Source: Salpingoeca rosetta (taxonomy: Eukaryota; Protista; Choanoflagellata). From it: a DNA stretch of 64,000 nucleotides. How positions within the stretch are numbered: the first letter of the stretch is position 1; each line of letters opens with the position of its first letter. The stretch is taken from NCBI GenBank assembly GCA_033442325.1, contig JAWQFM010000019.1, forward strand, positions 760,823 to 824,822. Reading direction: 5' to 3'. The notes under the pieces were generated by a model. The model was not told the DNA's origin. It worked only from the letters and a program-made list of their open reading frames with translations, and did no database searches. Shown one piece after another: positions 22,572-48,957 of the stretch. The position numbers were made by a program, and so were the translations under genes.

Positions 22572-23708
22572 GGCGACTCAAGCATGGCTGCTGGGTCGCT
22601 GAACGCTGTTGCTGCTTGTTATGTTACACCTTTTTCGCTCCTTCGCTGTTGCTTCGCTGCTGTTACCGTGAGGTGCTTGATTCCTGCATCCGTGTGTTTG
22701 GAAAACGAGCCAAAGCATTCCTTGTTCTCTTCTCCCCTTATCTTCTTCATGCAGTGCATTGAATGGCGCGGGGCTGTGTTGTGTTGTGCTTCACATCAAC
22801 TTTTGTAGTGGGATTTGGTGTCGCTTCTTTTGGTTTTGCTTCTTGTCTTGATTTGCGTTTCGCATTTTGTTGAAGACGGGGCCATGTCCTGGCTGATCAT
22901 GGATCTATGACGATGCAGACCGGACCGTGATGCCACCGCTCGTTTTCAGCTCATGTCTGCACCCCATTGTCTGACGGGTTTTGGGTTTGCATTCTGAGCA
23001 CGTGCCCCATGCCCGCCATGCCATGTGCCCCATGCCGAAACGCAATGTCATGCATGGGTCCATCGGATTGTGCTGCCTTCTGCCTTCGCTCTCGCCGCTG
23101 CTCTTCGTTTTTCTTTTTTGTTTGTTTTGTTCCATCTCTATTCCCATCCATACGCTGACTTTGGCTTGCCCTTGCTGCCAGCATGTGTTGGTTGGTTGGT
23201 GTGCGTGTTTATTTCTATATCTGAAGACCCACGGCGCGCGCCCCACACATGTTATGTTGGCTTGCTCTCTGCCACTGCTGTCGTTTCCTGTGTGTCTTGT
23301 GCTGTTTCCCTGTTTCCTTGTGACCTGTTACGCCTACGTCACGGTGCCACAAACCCTTTTCTTCCTCCTCGCGCTCGCTCCCAAGGTGGTGGCTGCGCGG
23401 ATGCGTCACATGGCACGTCATGCCACGCGTGACGTCACGTGGTTGTGTCATGCATGGTTGGTTGGTTGGTGCTTGGCCACTGTGTTCATTGTGTCTCAAC
23501 ATGTAACACCAACATAAAAACATCATTTTCCACCACCACAACGGTCGGGTGCCTTGCAGAATCGCATACACAACAATCAAGAGCGAGCAACACGAGAGAG
23601 AGAGACAGAGAGGGGAGACGCTGGGAAGAGGGTGAGCGATAAGCAAACAAGCAAGAAAACGAATGAATGAACAAACAAAGAGAGGCGCGCACCGATAAGC
23701 CTGAGCTG

Positions 23709-25664
<1,956 letters not shown>

Positions 25665-26942
25665 CGTGACACCAGAAGGAGAAGTGCAGCCGTCGAGCAG
25701 ACGATCCGTTGTTGCTTGATTTGAGTGTCTTTGCTTCTTGTGCGTGTGTGTGTGCTCGTGTGTTTTCGTCTTTGCATTTGTGTGGTTGCCTTCTTTTACC
25801 ACATCCACAGTGGCAAATAACAAATTCCCAACCTAATTTCTTTGGAGAGGCACTTCGATTTCCCAGGATAGGTCAGCCTATCCACACCGATGTGGTCCTG
25901 TCTGAAAATCAGGACAAATCGCACATTCTTTTGCCTGTGCTTGATGGCTTGACCCGCACGACGGCGCTTGATTGATGATTTTGATTGACCCCGTGCTTGC
26001 GACGGGTGTGGCGTACGTGGGAAAAGTGGTGGAGCGAACACCACGCTTTGGTGCTTTGACGCTTGCTTGTGCTTTGCGTTGCTGCAACCCTCGCTGCTTG
26101 CATATGCGTGTGTGTGCGCGCGGGGTGCGTGAATGTTTTGCTGCCGCTGCAAAGTGCCAGGAAAGAGCGGGGGAAAAGCAAGCAACACAGGCAGAGAGAC
26201 ACAGACGAGTGCTGTCGGTGGGGGTCGTTGGCGTGTGCGTTTCCCTTTCGGTTGGGCGCGGATTTTGATAATTTTGCGGCCCTTTCCAAGCACCAGTCAG
26301 CCCACCACCACCCAACAACTCTGGTGAGTCAAGCGAGCGAGCGAGTCAGGCCAAGCAATACACGGGCCCAGGCAGAGAAGACAGGCACTGTGTCAGAGGG
26401 AGTGAGAGAGGTGCGAGCACTTGACAGAGAGTGAAGGAGAGGTGCAAACGCTTTGCCTGCCTGAGAGATCGGCCATCCACTTCGTGCACACACACACACA
26501 CACACACACACCATCCAACACAACAATAGCAGTTTGGGCTCTATTTCACCTGCACCAGCACGCGCTTCCGTGCTTGCACGTCAGTTGTTTTGGTTGTTTC
26601 AGCACACACATACACACACACACACAGTCACACAGCCACAACCACTGCAGTCGCAAGGCGAGAAGTCACATGCGCACCGCCGTTTTGCTGTCTTGCTTTG
26701 CTTGTTTGCCTTTACCTATCCTTCCGCTTGCAGGAACACAAATCACAGCCTCCTCGTCCCGTAAACAACGACGATCAGGCGAAGTGCCAAGCAGACTCTG
26801 ACACTCGCTCGCTCTCCGTGCAAAGTCAGCAGAAACCACTGTGGTGAGTCGGTGTCAGTGTGTACTGCTGTCGACAGCCTGCACATGTGACCTGTGTGCG
26901 CGTGTGTGCGTGTGCTCATGCGTGTGTGCGTGGGCCTCTCTC

Positions 26943-26984
<42 letters not shown>

Positions 26985-27819
26985 GGCCTCTCTCTTTGTG
27001 TGTGCCTCGGCTTTGTGTGTTGAAGTGGGCGTCGTGCTAGCCCTGCCTCCCTCAGTGCCTTGGCTCGGCCTATTGTGGTTGATCCCTTTGTTTGGCCTAT
27101 GGCCGCCTTTTTCCTTGCGTGCTGCTGACGCTTCGCCCACGTGTGGCTGTGCCTCCCGCTCTTCCCCCTTGCTGCCACCCAGTGCCACTGAACACCGAGT
27201 TTGCGCTAGACCAAAGACAGAGGACACGAGGTGACGACTATGCAACACGTTCACGCCATCGTTCACTGGCCACTTTCCACATTCGTTTTGGCTGCAGCCT
27301 CCAAACACAAACACGCACACACACACATGCACACACACACACACGCATTGCACACAGTGCTCCGTTTACTAATGTATCATTCACATGCACACACTGGCTG
27401 GCGCGTGTGCTGATGGCACGACACCGCCCCTCATCCCTGTGCCCCCTCCTTGCTCTTTGCTCCTTGTTTGGCTCTCTTTTCGTTTGCCTCGTTTTTGCAT
27501 ATCTGACAGTGCCCGCTGTCAACGCTGAGCAAGTGCACCGCTCCTGAGGCAGTCCCCGACACGCACCGCCTTCTTGTGCTGACCTCGTGGCTTTGCCTCG
27601 GCTCTCTGCTTTGTGTGTTTGTTGTTCACCATTACCATCACAACGGAGGGGGGCACGCCACACCAGCGCGCCTCTGGCAGAGCGCACGGACGACCGTCCG
27701 ACAGTCAAGACCCCCATTTCGGTCTACACCCACACCAGCAGCAACAGCAGTTCCTGCAGCAACAGCAGCACCAGCAGTACCAACAACAGCACCAGCAGCA
27801 CCACCCCAATCCTGGAAAC

Positions 27820-28411
27820 ATGTCTGCTGTGCCCAACGCTTCCCCCACGCGCCGCGATCGTGACGAAAACAACAGGTGCGGGTGTGTGGGGGAGGGGGGT
27901 GTCTGCCTGTCTGCCTATCTGCCTGTCTGTCTATCTGCCTTGCTGGCTGGCTGGCTGGCTGGCTGGCTGGCGAAAAGGATGAGGAGGGGCAGCCATTTCT
28001 TGACGCCTTCGCTTTGTCTGTGCTGCAAGCTGTACATGGCGTTCCAATATTATTCACAACGTGCCATCAATCTCCCCGTATCACCCGTGCCTCAGGAAAA
28101 TCTTCGTCGGCTCACTCGATCCCCGCACAACCAGAGGTATACGGTGTTGTGAAGTTGACACGCTGCTTCCTTCTGCCTTGACTTATGCCTTGTGTGACAG
28201 ACACTCTCAAATGTGCGCAAGCACGCGCGTGCGCGCACTCTCTCACACACTCACCAACTCGCTCACGCTCACTCACGCTCACACTCTCTCGCCCATTGCT
28301 TGTGATGCCAGAGCAACTGGTAGACTACTTTGACAAGTTTGGCAACATTGTCGACTGTGTGGTCATGACAGATGCGCAAGGAACACGATCCCGGTGGGCA
28401 GCAGTTGGGTG

Positions 28412-28458
<47 letters not shown>

Positions 28459-28767
28459 TGTGTGTGCGTGTGTGCGTGTGTGCTATTTTGTTCGTGTGCA
28501 TGTGGAAGCGTGCTTTGTGATTGTCGGTGGCTCCATTCGGGCGCATCGTTCAGGGTATGTTGTGAGATCGCCCTCTGCCAACGTCCATGCCCCCCCCCGC
28601 GCTCATACCTACCACTTGCATTGTCTTCACCGTCAGCGGATTCGGCTTTGTAACGTTCAAGGAGGCTGCCTCTGTTGAACAAGTCCTTGCCTCGGGCCCG
28701 CACGAGATCGCAGGGCGCGTGGTGAGTGTTGTGGGTGCAGCGGTGATTACATTCTTGCCGGGATCGC

Positions 28768-28833
<66 letters not shown>

Positions 28834-29066
28834 TTCGTTCCTCCCCCCCTCCCCCTCTTGTGTTGTTCGCCTTTGTATGGTACCTGCACGCCCTGCATAT
28901 CAGCGCCATTTCAACCTTCATCGCGCCTCAAGTAATGTTTTGACAATTGCCCATGTTTTTGCTCGTTGTTCGTTGCGTCACAAAGATTGACCCAAAGCGC
29001 GCCTTGCCCAGACATCACCACGACGACCCACACCAGGTACCAGGCAGTGCACCTGTTGTTGTTTGA

Positions 29067-29151
<85 letters not shown>

Positions 29152-31100
29152 GAGTTGTTGCTGTTGTTGTTGTGTCTCGGTATTGAGTACCTGCTTGCTT
29201 GAGTGCCTGGCTTCGCTTCTGCCCCACCACTTCCGTCTCGTTTCTCGTCGGTTCACGCGCGCATTTATTCACACAACGCCCTCCACGACACCACCGCCTT
29301 CAACGGACTCCCGCTCATCACCACAACATCCATGCAATACAGCAGCAGCAGCAGCAACCGCAGCAGCATCGCCAGCCGCGCGTACGCAAGGTGTTTCTTG
29401 GCGGTCTGCCCCATGACGCAAAGGAGGAGGAGATTAAGGACTTTTTCTCCAAGTATGGTGATGTTGAGGACGTCATCATCCAGTACGACCGCATTTCAGG
29501 CCGTCCGCGCGGCTTTGGCTTTGTTGTGTTTGAGAATGACGCAACCGTGGACCAGCTCGTCACGTCCTCCGAACGCGTTTACGTCGAATTCAAGGGCAAG
29601 CGGGTACGAGCACACGCCGTGTTTGTTTGGTGTGCTTTGCTTTGTTCGGCTACGTTTTGCTATTTGCTTGTTTGTCTGTGGGGTTGTGCCTGTGTCTTGC
29701 TTGCTTGGTTCAGTGGGCCTTGCCGCTGTTTGTTTGTTCGGTAACCTCTTGCTGCATTTCGTCGCGCGGTGCTGTGCATCTGTGGAATGGCCCACCATGG
29801 TCAGCTTACCTTTTTTGCCTGCAGGCAATGTTCAGTTTTACTTTTGCAACAGCACAGCTCTCACCGTCTTCGAACCACCCATCACACCTTTCCCGAACAC
29901 AACCGCACACAAACAAACAAACAAACAAACAAACAAACAAACACCCCACGCATGCCTCAGGTTGAGATCAAGCGGGCGTTCCCAAAGGAGTCGGCACCCC
30001 GGTCCTCCACCGCCCGCCAATACCAGCAGCAGTTCACATACCGAAGAGCTGGTCCGTCTTTGCGTGTGGTGTGTCTGTGCCTGTGCCTGTGTGTTTGCAT
30101 GGGCATCTGTGCCTGCAGCACACCTGCCCCCCTCCTCTCACGCATGTACACGCATGATGCCTTGCCTGTTCCAACTCGCGTTGCTGTCCACAGGCGAGGC
30201 ATACGTGCCCACTGCGCCGATGGTGCGGCCAAACTACCGCCAGCCGCTCACGCCGTTCCCGCAACCGCCTTACCCGGCCGCCCAGCAGATGATGCAGCGC
30301 TATTACCGTGCGTTATCACTCGCCACCCGCAAAGAAGAACGCGTGTGAATGTCCATCGGTTTTCATGTCGTGTGTTATTTGCTTTGCTTGTTTTTGTTTT
30401 GCTTTGCTTTGCTTTGCTTGTTTCTTGATTCTCTTTTCCTCACACCTAGCCTTTGCACCGTTTCTGCCACATCTGCGATGGCTGCTGCCGCCATCATGAC
30501 ACAGCCTCTCCATATTATCCGCAATTCTCCCCATATGCTGCCCGCCCCTCATTTGACCAGTTCCCCGTGCAGCAGCAGCAGGTGCAGCAGCCACAACAGC
30601 AGCAGCAATTCTACGACCCAACAATGGGCCAGCCAGGTGCGTCTGCACAACGGTTTCTGTGTGTGTGCACGTGCGTGCGTGTGTGTGCCTGTGCGTTTGT
30701 GTGTGTCTGTGTGCTTGTCCACATCTGTGTGTGCTTGGACTTGTACCTCTCTGTACGTGTGTTTGTTTGGTTTCATGCCCCTTCTCACGTTTCTTCTTGC
30801 TCTCGCCTGTCGTCGCCACGTCGCCGATTCCCCCCTCCCCTCTTCAACTTAGTAGGTATGGAGATGATGCCTGATGATGGGATGCAGCCTGCCCAGGTGC
30901 AGTTTCCTACCGCGTACGACCCCACGGCACCTGTCGCCTACATGGCGCCAACGATGCCCATGATGGCGCAGACAACCGCACACACGCAGCCGAGTCACAT
31001 GGCCGTGCCCATGCAGCAGGCGCCCCCACAGCTCGCGCCGCACCCGCAGGGCGGTGTCATGCCCTCCATGCAGCATCAGCAGCACTTCCCGTACTCTTGA
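27820..31100 (+). CDS. Two-RRM RNA-binding protein, Musashi/DAZAP1/hnRNP A/D class; N-terminus uncertain
   Basis: RRM1: KIFVGSL...YFDKFGNIVDCVVMTD...RSRGFGFVTF...HEIAGRVIDPKRA. RRM2: KVFLGGL...FFSKYGDVEDVIIQYD...RPRGFGFVVF...VEIKRAFPK. P/Q/Y/M-rich C-terminus. Stop at 31098-31100. Confidence 0.9.
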
Positions 31101-33510
31101 AACAGCACCAACCCTGCACCAAGAATACACGCCTTTTGCCCCCCCCCCCCTCTCTCTCTTGGGCAACACAATGCACCACGCCCATGGCTACCTTCGCTAT
31201 CTTCACTGCCATGAACAATCGCCACGTCCTTCAGACCTTCCTTGTTTTGAACAGCACCGACATCATATCTTCAGTCAGCAGCACCAGTTATCACCATGTC
31301 CAGCCTGTCCAGCCAGCCTCTCGCCGTGAAGGCCCCCCACCAAGCATGTTCTTCATCGTCATTATCACCACCACCGTGTTGTTTCACAACCACAGCAACC
31401 TCAGTTCACTACCACCGCTACCACCGCTACCACCACTACCGTTGCTGCGAGGACACTCATCACCTGCACAGCGTACACAACGTCAACAGCGTCAACGTCA
31501 ATATGACCATCGCCCCAGCATGGTCCTCCCTGCTCCTACTTCCCCCCCCCACCAAATGGCTCCATTGCCCTTCCAGAACCGCGCACGCAGAGAGTTATAA
31601 TTGTTACGTGAATGCATGGCCAAGACTACACCGACTTACAGCCTCAGGATCATTGTTCCCCAGCAGCAGCTCTGGGTTTCTGTGTTACGTTGTTCTTTCA
31701 CATGCCCCTGCCCCCTTTCCTTTTCTTTGTTTTCCACCTTGATCGCAAGTTACACGTGCAACTGTCACAGGCGTGCTTTGTGCATATGCACACGCAGCAC
31801 ATGTCCACAACCCCTTCCGTGGTTTTTATTTTGCTGTGTGTCTCCTTTGCTGTGTGATCTGCTTGCGTTTGGGTTTTGCGTTGTCTCAGTTTCATATTGT
31901 TGTCTCAGTTTCATAAGCGTCTCTTCGTTCCTCTGGGCTTGCTGGCACATGTGCTTGCAAGCAAGTGATGATGGTGTGTCTAGCACGTGCTGTGCTCGCT
32001 GTAACAGCCTTCCGTCCTTTCTCTCTTGGTTGTCGCCTTGCCCTTGCTGCTTTCTTTTCGCTTGGTTTGTGCTACCGTTCGCTGTAATTGCACTTTATTA
32101 ACTAAAGTGCTTTCCTCGTGCTTCTCTTCCTATCCTCCACCAGGGAGGGCCTTTCTTACTTCCACTTGCTTCATTTCGCCTTGTTGTTTGTTGTTGTATG
32201 AACCCACTGTGGGCCATTCTTGCAACAACGCCCCTTCCAACCACACACACACACACATACACACACACACACGTGGTCGCTGTGTCTCTCTTGCCTGTTG
32301 GTGTGTCTTTGTTGTCTGTTGATGTGTTTCTGTCGCTGTTATCCCTGCGCCATCACTGCGCGTTCACCATCATACGATCACTCCATCATGCTGACGCAGT
32401 GCGCACAATTCTGCCATTTGTGTGCATTCATACTTGCGTCAGTCTTTGCTCTTCATCGCTCGCCACTCTCTCCTGGATTTGCCGTTTTGCTTTGTACACT
32501 CTCAGCCTGCACAGGTTTGCTGCTCTTCTAATGTGAATAGCAGGGTATGTGTGTGTGCATACCGTCACACGACTCCTTTGTGTGAACTGTGTATGCTCAC
32601 TTGGCTTGTCGTTTCCGATACGAGTACAACAGCAGGAGTGCCTGAATCACCTGTGCAAGGGGAGGCGGTTTGTGTGTGTCTGTGAGTGAGTGCGTGTGTG
32701 TGTGTCTGTCTGTCTGTCTGTCTGTCTGTGTCTGTGTCTGTGTCTGTGTATGAAACGAACAGAGCGATAGTGATGTAACATTCCGAACGCAGAACCATGC
32801 ATGATACAATACCTCGATGCATATGCCTTCGTTTCCTCTCCTTGAGTTCAACAAACATCATGGATCAGCCATGTTGAGAGACGACCAGGTTCAGAGGTTC
32901 ATCACTATTAATTGTTGGTGGGTGAAAGTGTCAAAAGGAACATGAATACAAACACCACCCAACACAAACCACCAGCACCATGTCACATCACCCGTCTTTC
33001 AAGTGGGCTCATCAATTGAGTTTTCGTGATGGTGAGCAGTGTTGTTCACATCAACAACGACAAACGCTCGTGTGAATGAAGCAGAGGATTAGGCGGATCC
33101 TGTACTTTCGTCCTGTTGGACGCGGCGACTCATGTGCTTGAAGAGAGAGATAAAAGATTTGTTCGGCTGGCAGAGAGCATTGTTTGGTCAAAAATGTAAC
33201 CATGTTTGCATTCACACCACATGATGGGGTATTGTTGATTGTTGGTTCATGTTGTATTTACATTAATCAAGCCACTTTTGTCGGGGCTCGCCTTGCTAGT
33301 TATCGCGACCTTGTTAATGTCAGTTCACATGTAACACACCTGCAATGACAGAAACACGCAGTACCAGTTTGCTTCGTATGTAACTCTTTGCAGCATTGCG
33401 TGGCGTGGGCCACCTACTGTCATTGTCTTGAACTGACACGTGTTTGCTCGTGTGCGGACGGTTGACCTTTCAAGCTTGCCTGCCTATACTGCCCTCCCCG
33501 AGTGTTGCCG

Positions 33511-39632
<6,122 letters not shown>

Positions 39633-39769
39633 CACTGTCGTCGTGGATGATGGTGGCAGCAGTTGTTTGGCCGGCTGGACGGTTACACTGGTTTGAACAC
39701 CATGAAGTGCATTTTTCATCAGACGGACTGTCATCCGACACCACAAAAAGGGTTGCTGCCAACACCAAC

Positions 39770-41731
39770 ATGCTGCGGGCAACGAGGGTGCTGCGCTCCC
39801 AAGCTTGTGCGTCTTGGTGTGCTTGTGCTTGGTGGTCATGCTTGGTGGTAATGCGAATGCTTTTGCAGTCAGTGATGCTGGCTGCTCCGCTGTGCTGCGC
39901 TGTGCTGTTGCTTGTAGCTGCGTTGGCTTTGGTGCAGTCTTGCGGTTGTTGCTTGTCATCGCACTCACCTGCTGACACTTGTGTTGTGGGTGGTTAGCCG
40001 TGCTTGCGGAAGACATTGGACACAAGTTCATCTTTGGCACCATCCCGGCTTCCTCCGCGTTGACTGAGGTGCGCTGTTGACTTCGCCCTTTGCGCGCCTC
40101 TCTTTGTCTACTGCTCGCTGCTAAGGTAGGGGCGGGGTGCACTGTCAATTGAGCTGATGGGCTCACATGCATTACACGCACACGCGTCCTCTCTCTCTCT
40201 CTTGCACTTGTCACTGCCTTTGACATGAACAACAGGTGGTCGAGGCTTGTCAATCGCCGTCGGACCTGGACGAAGTGAAGAAGGGCCTCTTTGAGTAAGT
40301 GAAAACACCTCCAGCCAACTTCTGTGTGTCTGCGTGTGTGTGCGTGCGTGTGTGCGTGTGTGCGTGTGCGTGCGTGCGTGCGTGCGTGTTGTGTGGTTCA
40401 GTGGTCGTTTTCCGGGCTTTGTTTCTGGTCCCTTTTCAAGTGTCTTGTCGTCGTTTGAAGGCAGCATCCTCCCTCATGACTCACACAGGAGCAACACGAC
40501 ACCTCCATTGTCACTGCTTGTGAATGTCTGCAACGCAGGTTCAGATATCATGGGATCCACGTCAAGACTGGTGTTGCTTCTGCGCTGGTCAACAAGTGCA
40601 TCGACATGGGCGAGGTGAGTGTTCAGCAAGCTAATAAGCAAGCAAGCTAACAAGCAAGCATGCGTGTGGACAGAAATACTCAAGCAAGCATGCCCACGAG
40701 AGCGAGCAGATTTGAGGCAGTTGCACAAAACCGGGTTGGAGTCGGCATGTTCTTGTGTCCACGCGCGTTCTTACATGTACGCGTGCCGTTGTGTTGGTGC
40801 GTGGTGCGACTGTTCCAGACCGAGACATTGGTCGACATGCTGAAGAACAAGCCACAGTATGGGCTATTCCCTACACCATCGGACTACAACAACCTCTGTG
40901 CACACCTCAACGACAAGAGCGAGTTTAGACGTGAGTGTTTGCTGCTCCTACCCTCTTGTATGTGTGTATGTATGTGTGTGTATGTATGTATGTGTGTGTA
41001 TGTATGTGTGTGTATGTGTGTGTATGTATGTGTATGTGTGTATGTGTGTATGTGTGTATGTGTGGGTGTGTTTTTACCATCTGTGGCACCACTCACTCTT
41101 CCCACTCATGTCGTGTTATGTTGTATGCGCGCGTGTGTGCGATTGCAGAAAGCAAATCCATGTTTGATCAGCTTGTGGTTGACAGGCACTTTTCGCCAAA
41201 CGTCATGAGCTACCACCACGTTTCCCGCGCAATGCTCTGCACTGGCACCACCTCCATGTGCACAAAGGTGGGTGCGTGCGTGTGTGCGTGTGTGTGCGCT
41301 GTGAGATGCAAGAGCACACGATCATACATCAGCACATCACATACCTGCTCTCTTCACCTCAAACTTGACATTCCTTCCTCTCCCACACATCCCATCACAT
41401 CCACTACCGCTGCCATCCTCACCTCAATTCCCCCCTCCCTCCAACCCGACAGCTGCTGGCATACGTGACCGCGGGCCAAGCCGACGGCGTGCGCATGACT
41501 GCCAACACCATGCATCGCGCTGCTGCCGCCGCCGCCATCAGGAAGCAGCAGGACGAGGCCGCCGCATATTGGACCACAGCCGCCACCTCCCGTGATGTCC
41601 CCAACGACGTGGCAGTGAGTACATTCGTGTCGTGCCTGCAAAGGAGGAATCGGGATGGGTGCGTGGAGATTGCTTGTTGTTGTTGATTGTGGTGGTGGTG
41701 GCGGTGGTGGAGTTTGTTCCTGAGATATGTA

Positions 41732-41805
<74 letters not shown>

Positions 41806-41899
41806 GAGAGCGAACGGTGGTCTTGTTTTGCTGTGTGAAGCTTGATCGCGCGTTGTGCATTGTGCGTTGCCATTGACGTCTGAGTAATCTCAAACACAT

Positions 41900-41943
<44 letters not shown>

Positions 41944-43016
41944 CCGTTCGTGTTGCTCTGTGTAGGTGACTGCGGCATGCAAGGCGATTGTGAATGCCAT
42001 GGCGACAAACGAAGCCGGCCTCAAGAAGGCAGTCAACAAACTCATCTCCCTCAACACGCTTCCGCCAGAGGTACGCGCTGTGCTTACGGACACTCTCACT
42101 CACTGTGTGTGTGTGCGTGCGTGTGTGTGTGTATCTGTGCATGTGTGCGTGTGTGTGTGCGTGTCTGTGTGTGTGTGTGTGTGCGCGTGTGTGTGTGTGT
42201 GTTTAACTGCCGTCAACTGTCGTCAATGCGGTGGAGCGGTTCCATTGCCGACCGTGCGCTTGCTCATGCTCGCATTATGTGTTGCTGTCGCCGTTGCTGT
42301 TGGTGCGGTGCAGGCTGCCGTCTGGTTCCCGCACATTCCAGAGCGCAACCCTGACATTGCAAAGGTGACACCTCCACGTGTGTTGTGCTGCGTTATGCTG
42401 TGTGTTGCATCGGGAAGTGGCGGATGGCGTTGCTCCACTGTCTGTTGTTTCCCAGCCACATTTTCTCACTGCATACTGGCACGTGCACACACCCCACCAA
42501 CGCCACCACTGCTACAAACAACAACCCAAACCACCACCGATCGCCCTGCCCACACGATGTCTTGTTTATGGTGACGAATGGCGTGACGATGACGAACAGG
42601 CAATGGAAAGTGCAATCGCGGCGTTGGAGGCGGCGGGTCTCAATGTGCCGGATATCTCCCCGCTCACGTGTGTATGACATGGCGGTGGTGTTCGTGATGA
42701 TGTTGATGGTGGCGGTGTGTATGCGCTGAGGCGTCTCCATACACGCGGCCGTTTTCGTGAGACACACAGACACCACGCACACACACACACAGACACACAT
42801 ACGGACAGACAGATAGACAGACAGACAGACAGACACACACAGACACAGACACAGACAGACACACAGACATACTCACAGACACACACACACACAGACACAC
42901 TCACAGACACAGACAGACAGACAGACAGACACAAGCGCTCACCCTTTCCCTTTCGAAACGCATGCGCTTTTTTCAGGCTGCCAGACGCTGAGGAGGACGA
43001 GGAGAACAAGGAATGA
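39770..43016 (+). CDS. MRPS27: Mitochondrial PPR-type protein, ribosomal protein S27 (mS27)-like
   Basis: Arg-rich presequence [10 protein letters not shown]. The segment [16 protein letters not shown]...[36 protein letters not shown] matches the recalled MRPS27 signature (NKVQYGIFPD..FNLL). Stop at 43014-43016. Confidence 0.7.
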
Positions 43017-43465
43017 CTGGCGTGTGTGTGTGTGTGTGAACTCGACTTTTCGCTTTGTGTGCTGTTGTTCTGACTCTAGTTTGTCATGAGTGTAACAAAG
43101 AGCTCTGAATGTGGACGGTAGTGTTGTGTTGCGTTGTGCTTTGTATGTGGTGTGCCGGGTTGCATGCTCATGTGCGTGCGTGTCGTGTCAATAAAACATG
43201 CAGAGGTTTGCGTTCTAATCATCCAAGGTCACACTGTTCTGTTTCGTTCGAACGACGAAAAGCAGTGATGTGATGTGATGACGACAACAGCTATCACCCA
43301 AGCACGACAAATACGGCAACCTTCTCCCCGGCTTGTTGTGTCTCATCATATGTACAACACCGATGATCACCAAACACTTCCGTGTGCTCACACCCATAGC
43401 ATCACCACCATCCCAACAGCACCCGCTATCCAACAAACCGCACATGGCTCCACCACAGCTCACTT

Positions 43466-48411
<4,946 letters not shown>

Positions 48412-48957
48412 GCTGGTTGTCGTCTGCCTGCTGTGTGGGTGCACCTGCGGTGTCTTGCTGGTGTTGTTGTGCTGGTGTTGCTGTGCTTGCTTTGTCACTC
48501 ATCCACTCCACACACACACACACACACGAAAACGGTTTTCTGCAGTCCTTCCAGCCAGACTGAAATGCCAACTGTTGCTGTTGCTGTTGTTGTTGCTGGG
48601 CGTGGTTCATTGGATGTGGTTGGCTTTGGGGTTGGTTCATTGGGTGTGGATGTGGACAACAAGAACGCAAGCGGGGGCAACTGCAATGCAAGCAACACAG
48701 TGCGTAAACACTTTCAGCTCACAGCAGAACAAAGCAACACAAGAGAAGCGAAGGGAAGTGGTTGGCAAACGAACACAAAATGTGATGAATGGCTCAAGGT
48801 CAACATGAACAGACACAGATACAGTCACAGATAAACACAGACACACAAAGCACAGACAGACACAGACACACAGACACACACACACGCGCGCGCGCAGGCA
48901 AAGAAATAGACACACACAGAGACACAGACACAGACACGCAAAGCAAACACAATGTAC

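Noticed and set aside
32800-33460. AT-richer, microsatellite-free stretch as a transposon relic or ncRNA
   Set aside because: No terminal repeats, ORF or recognisable RNA structure; probably intergenic or 3' UTR sequence between convergent genes.
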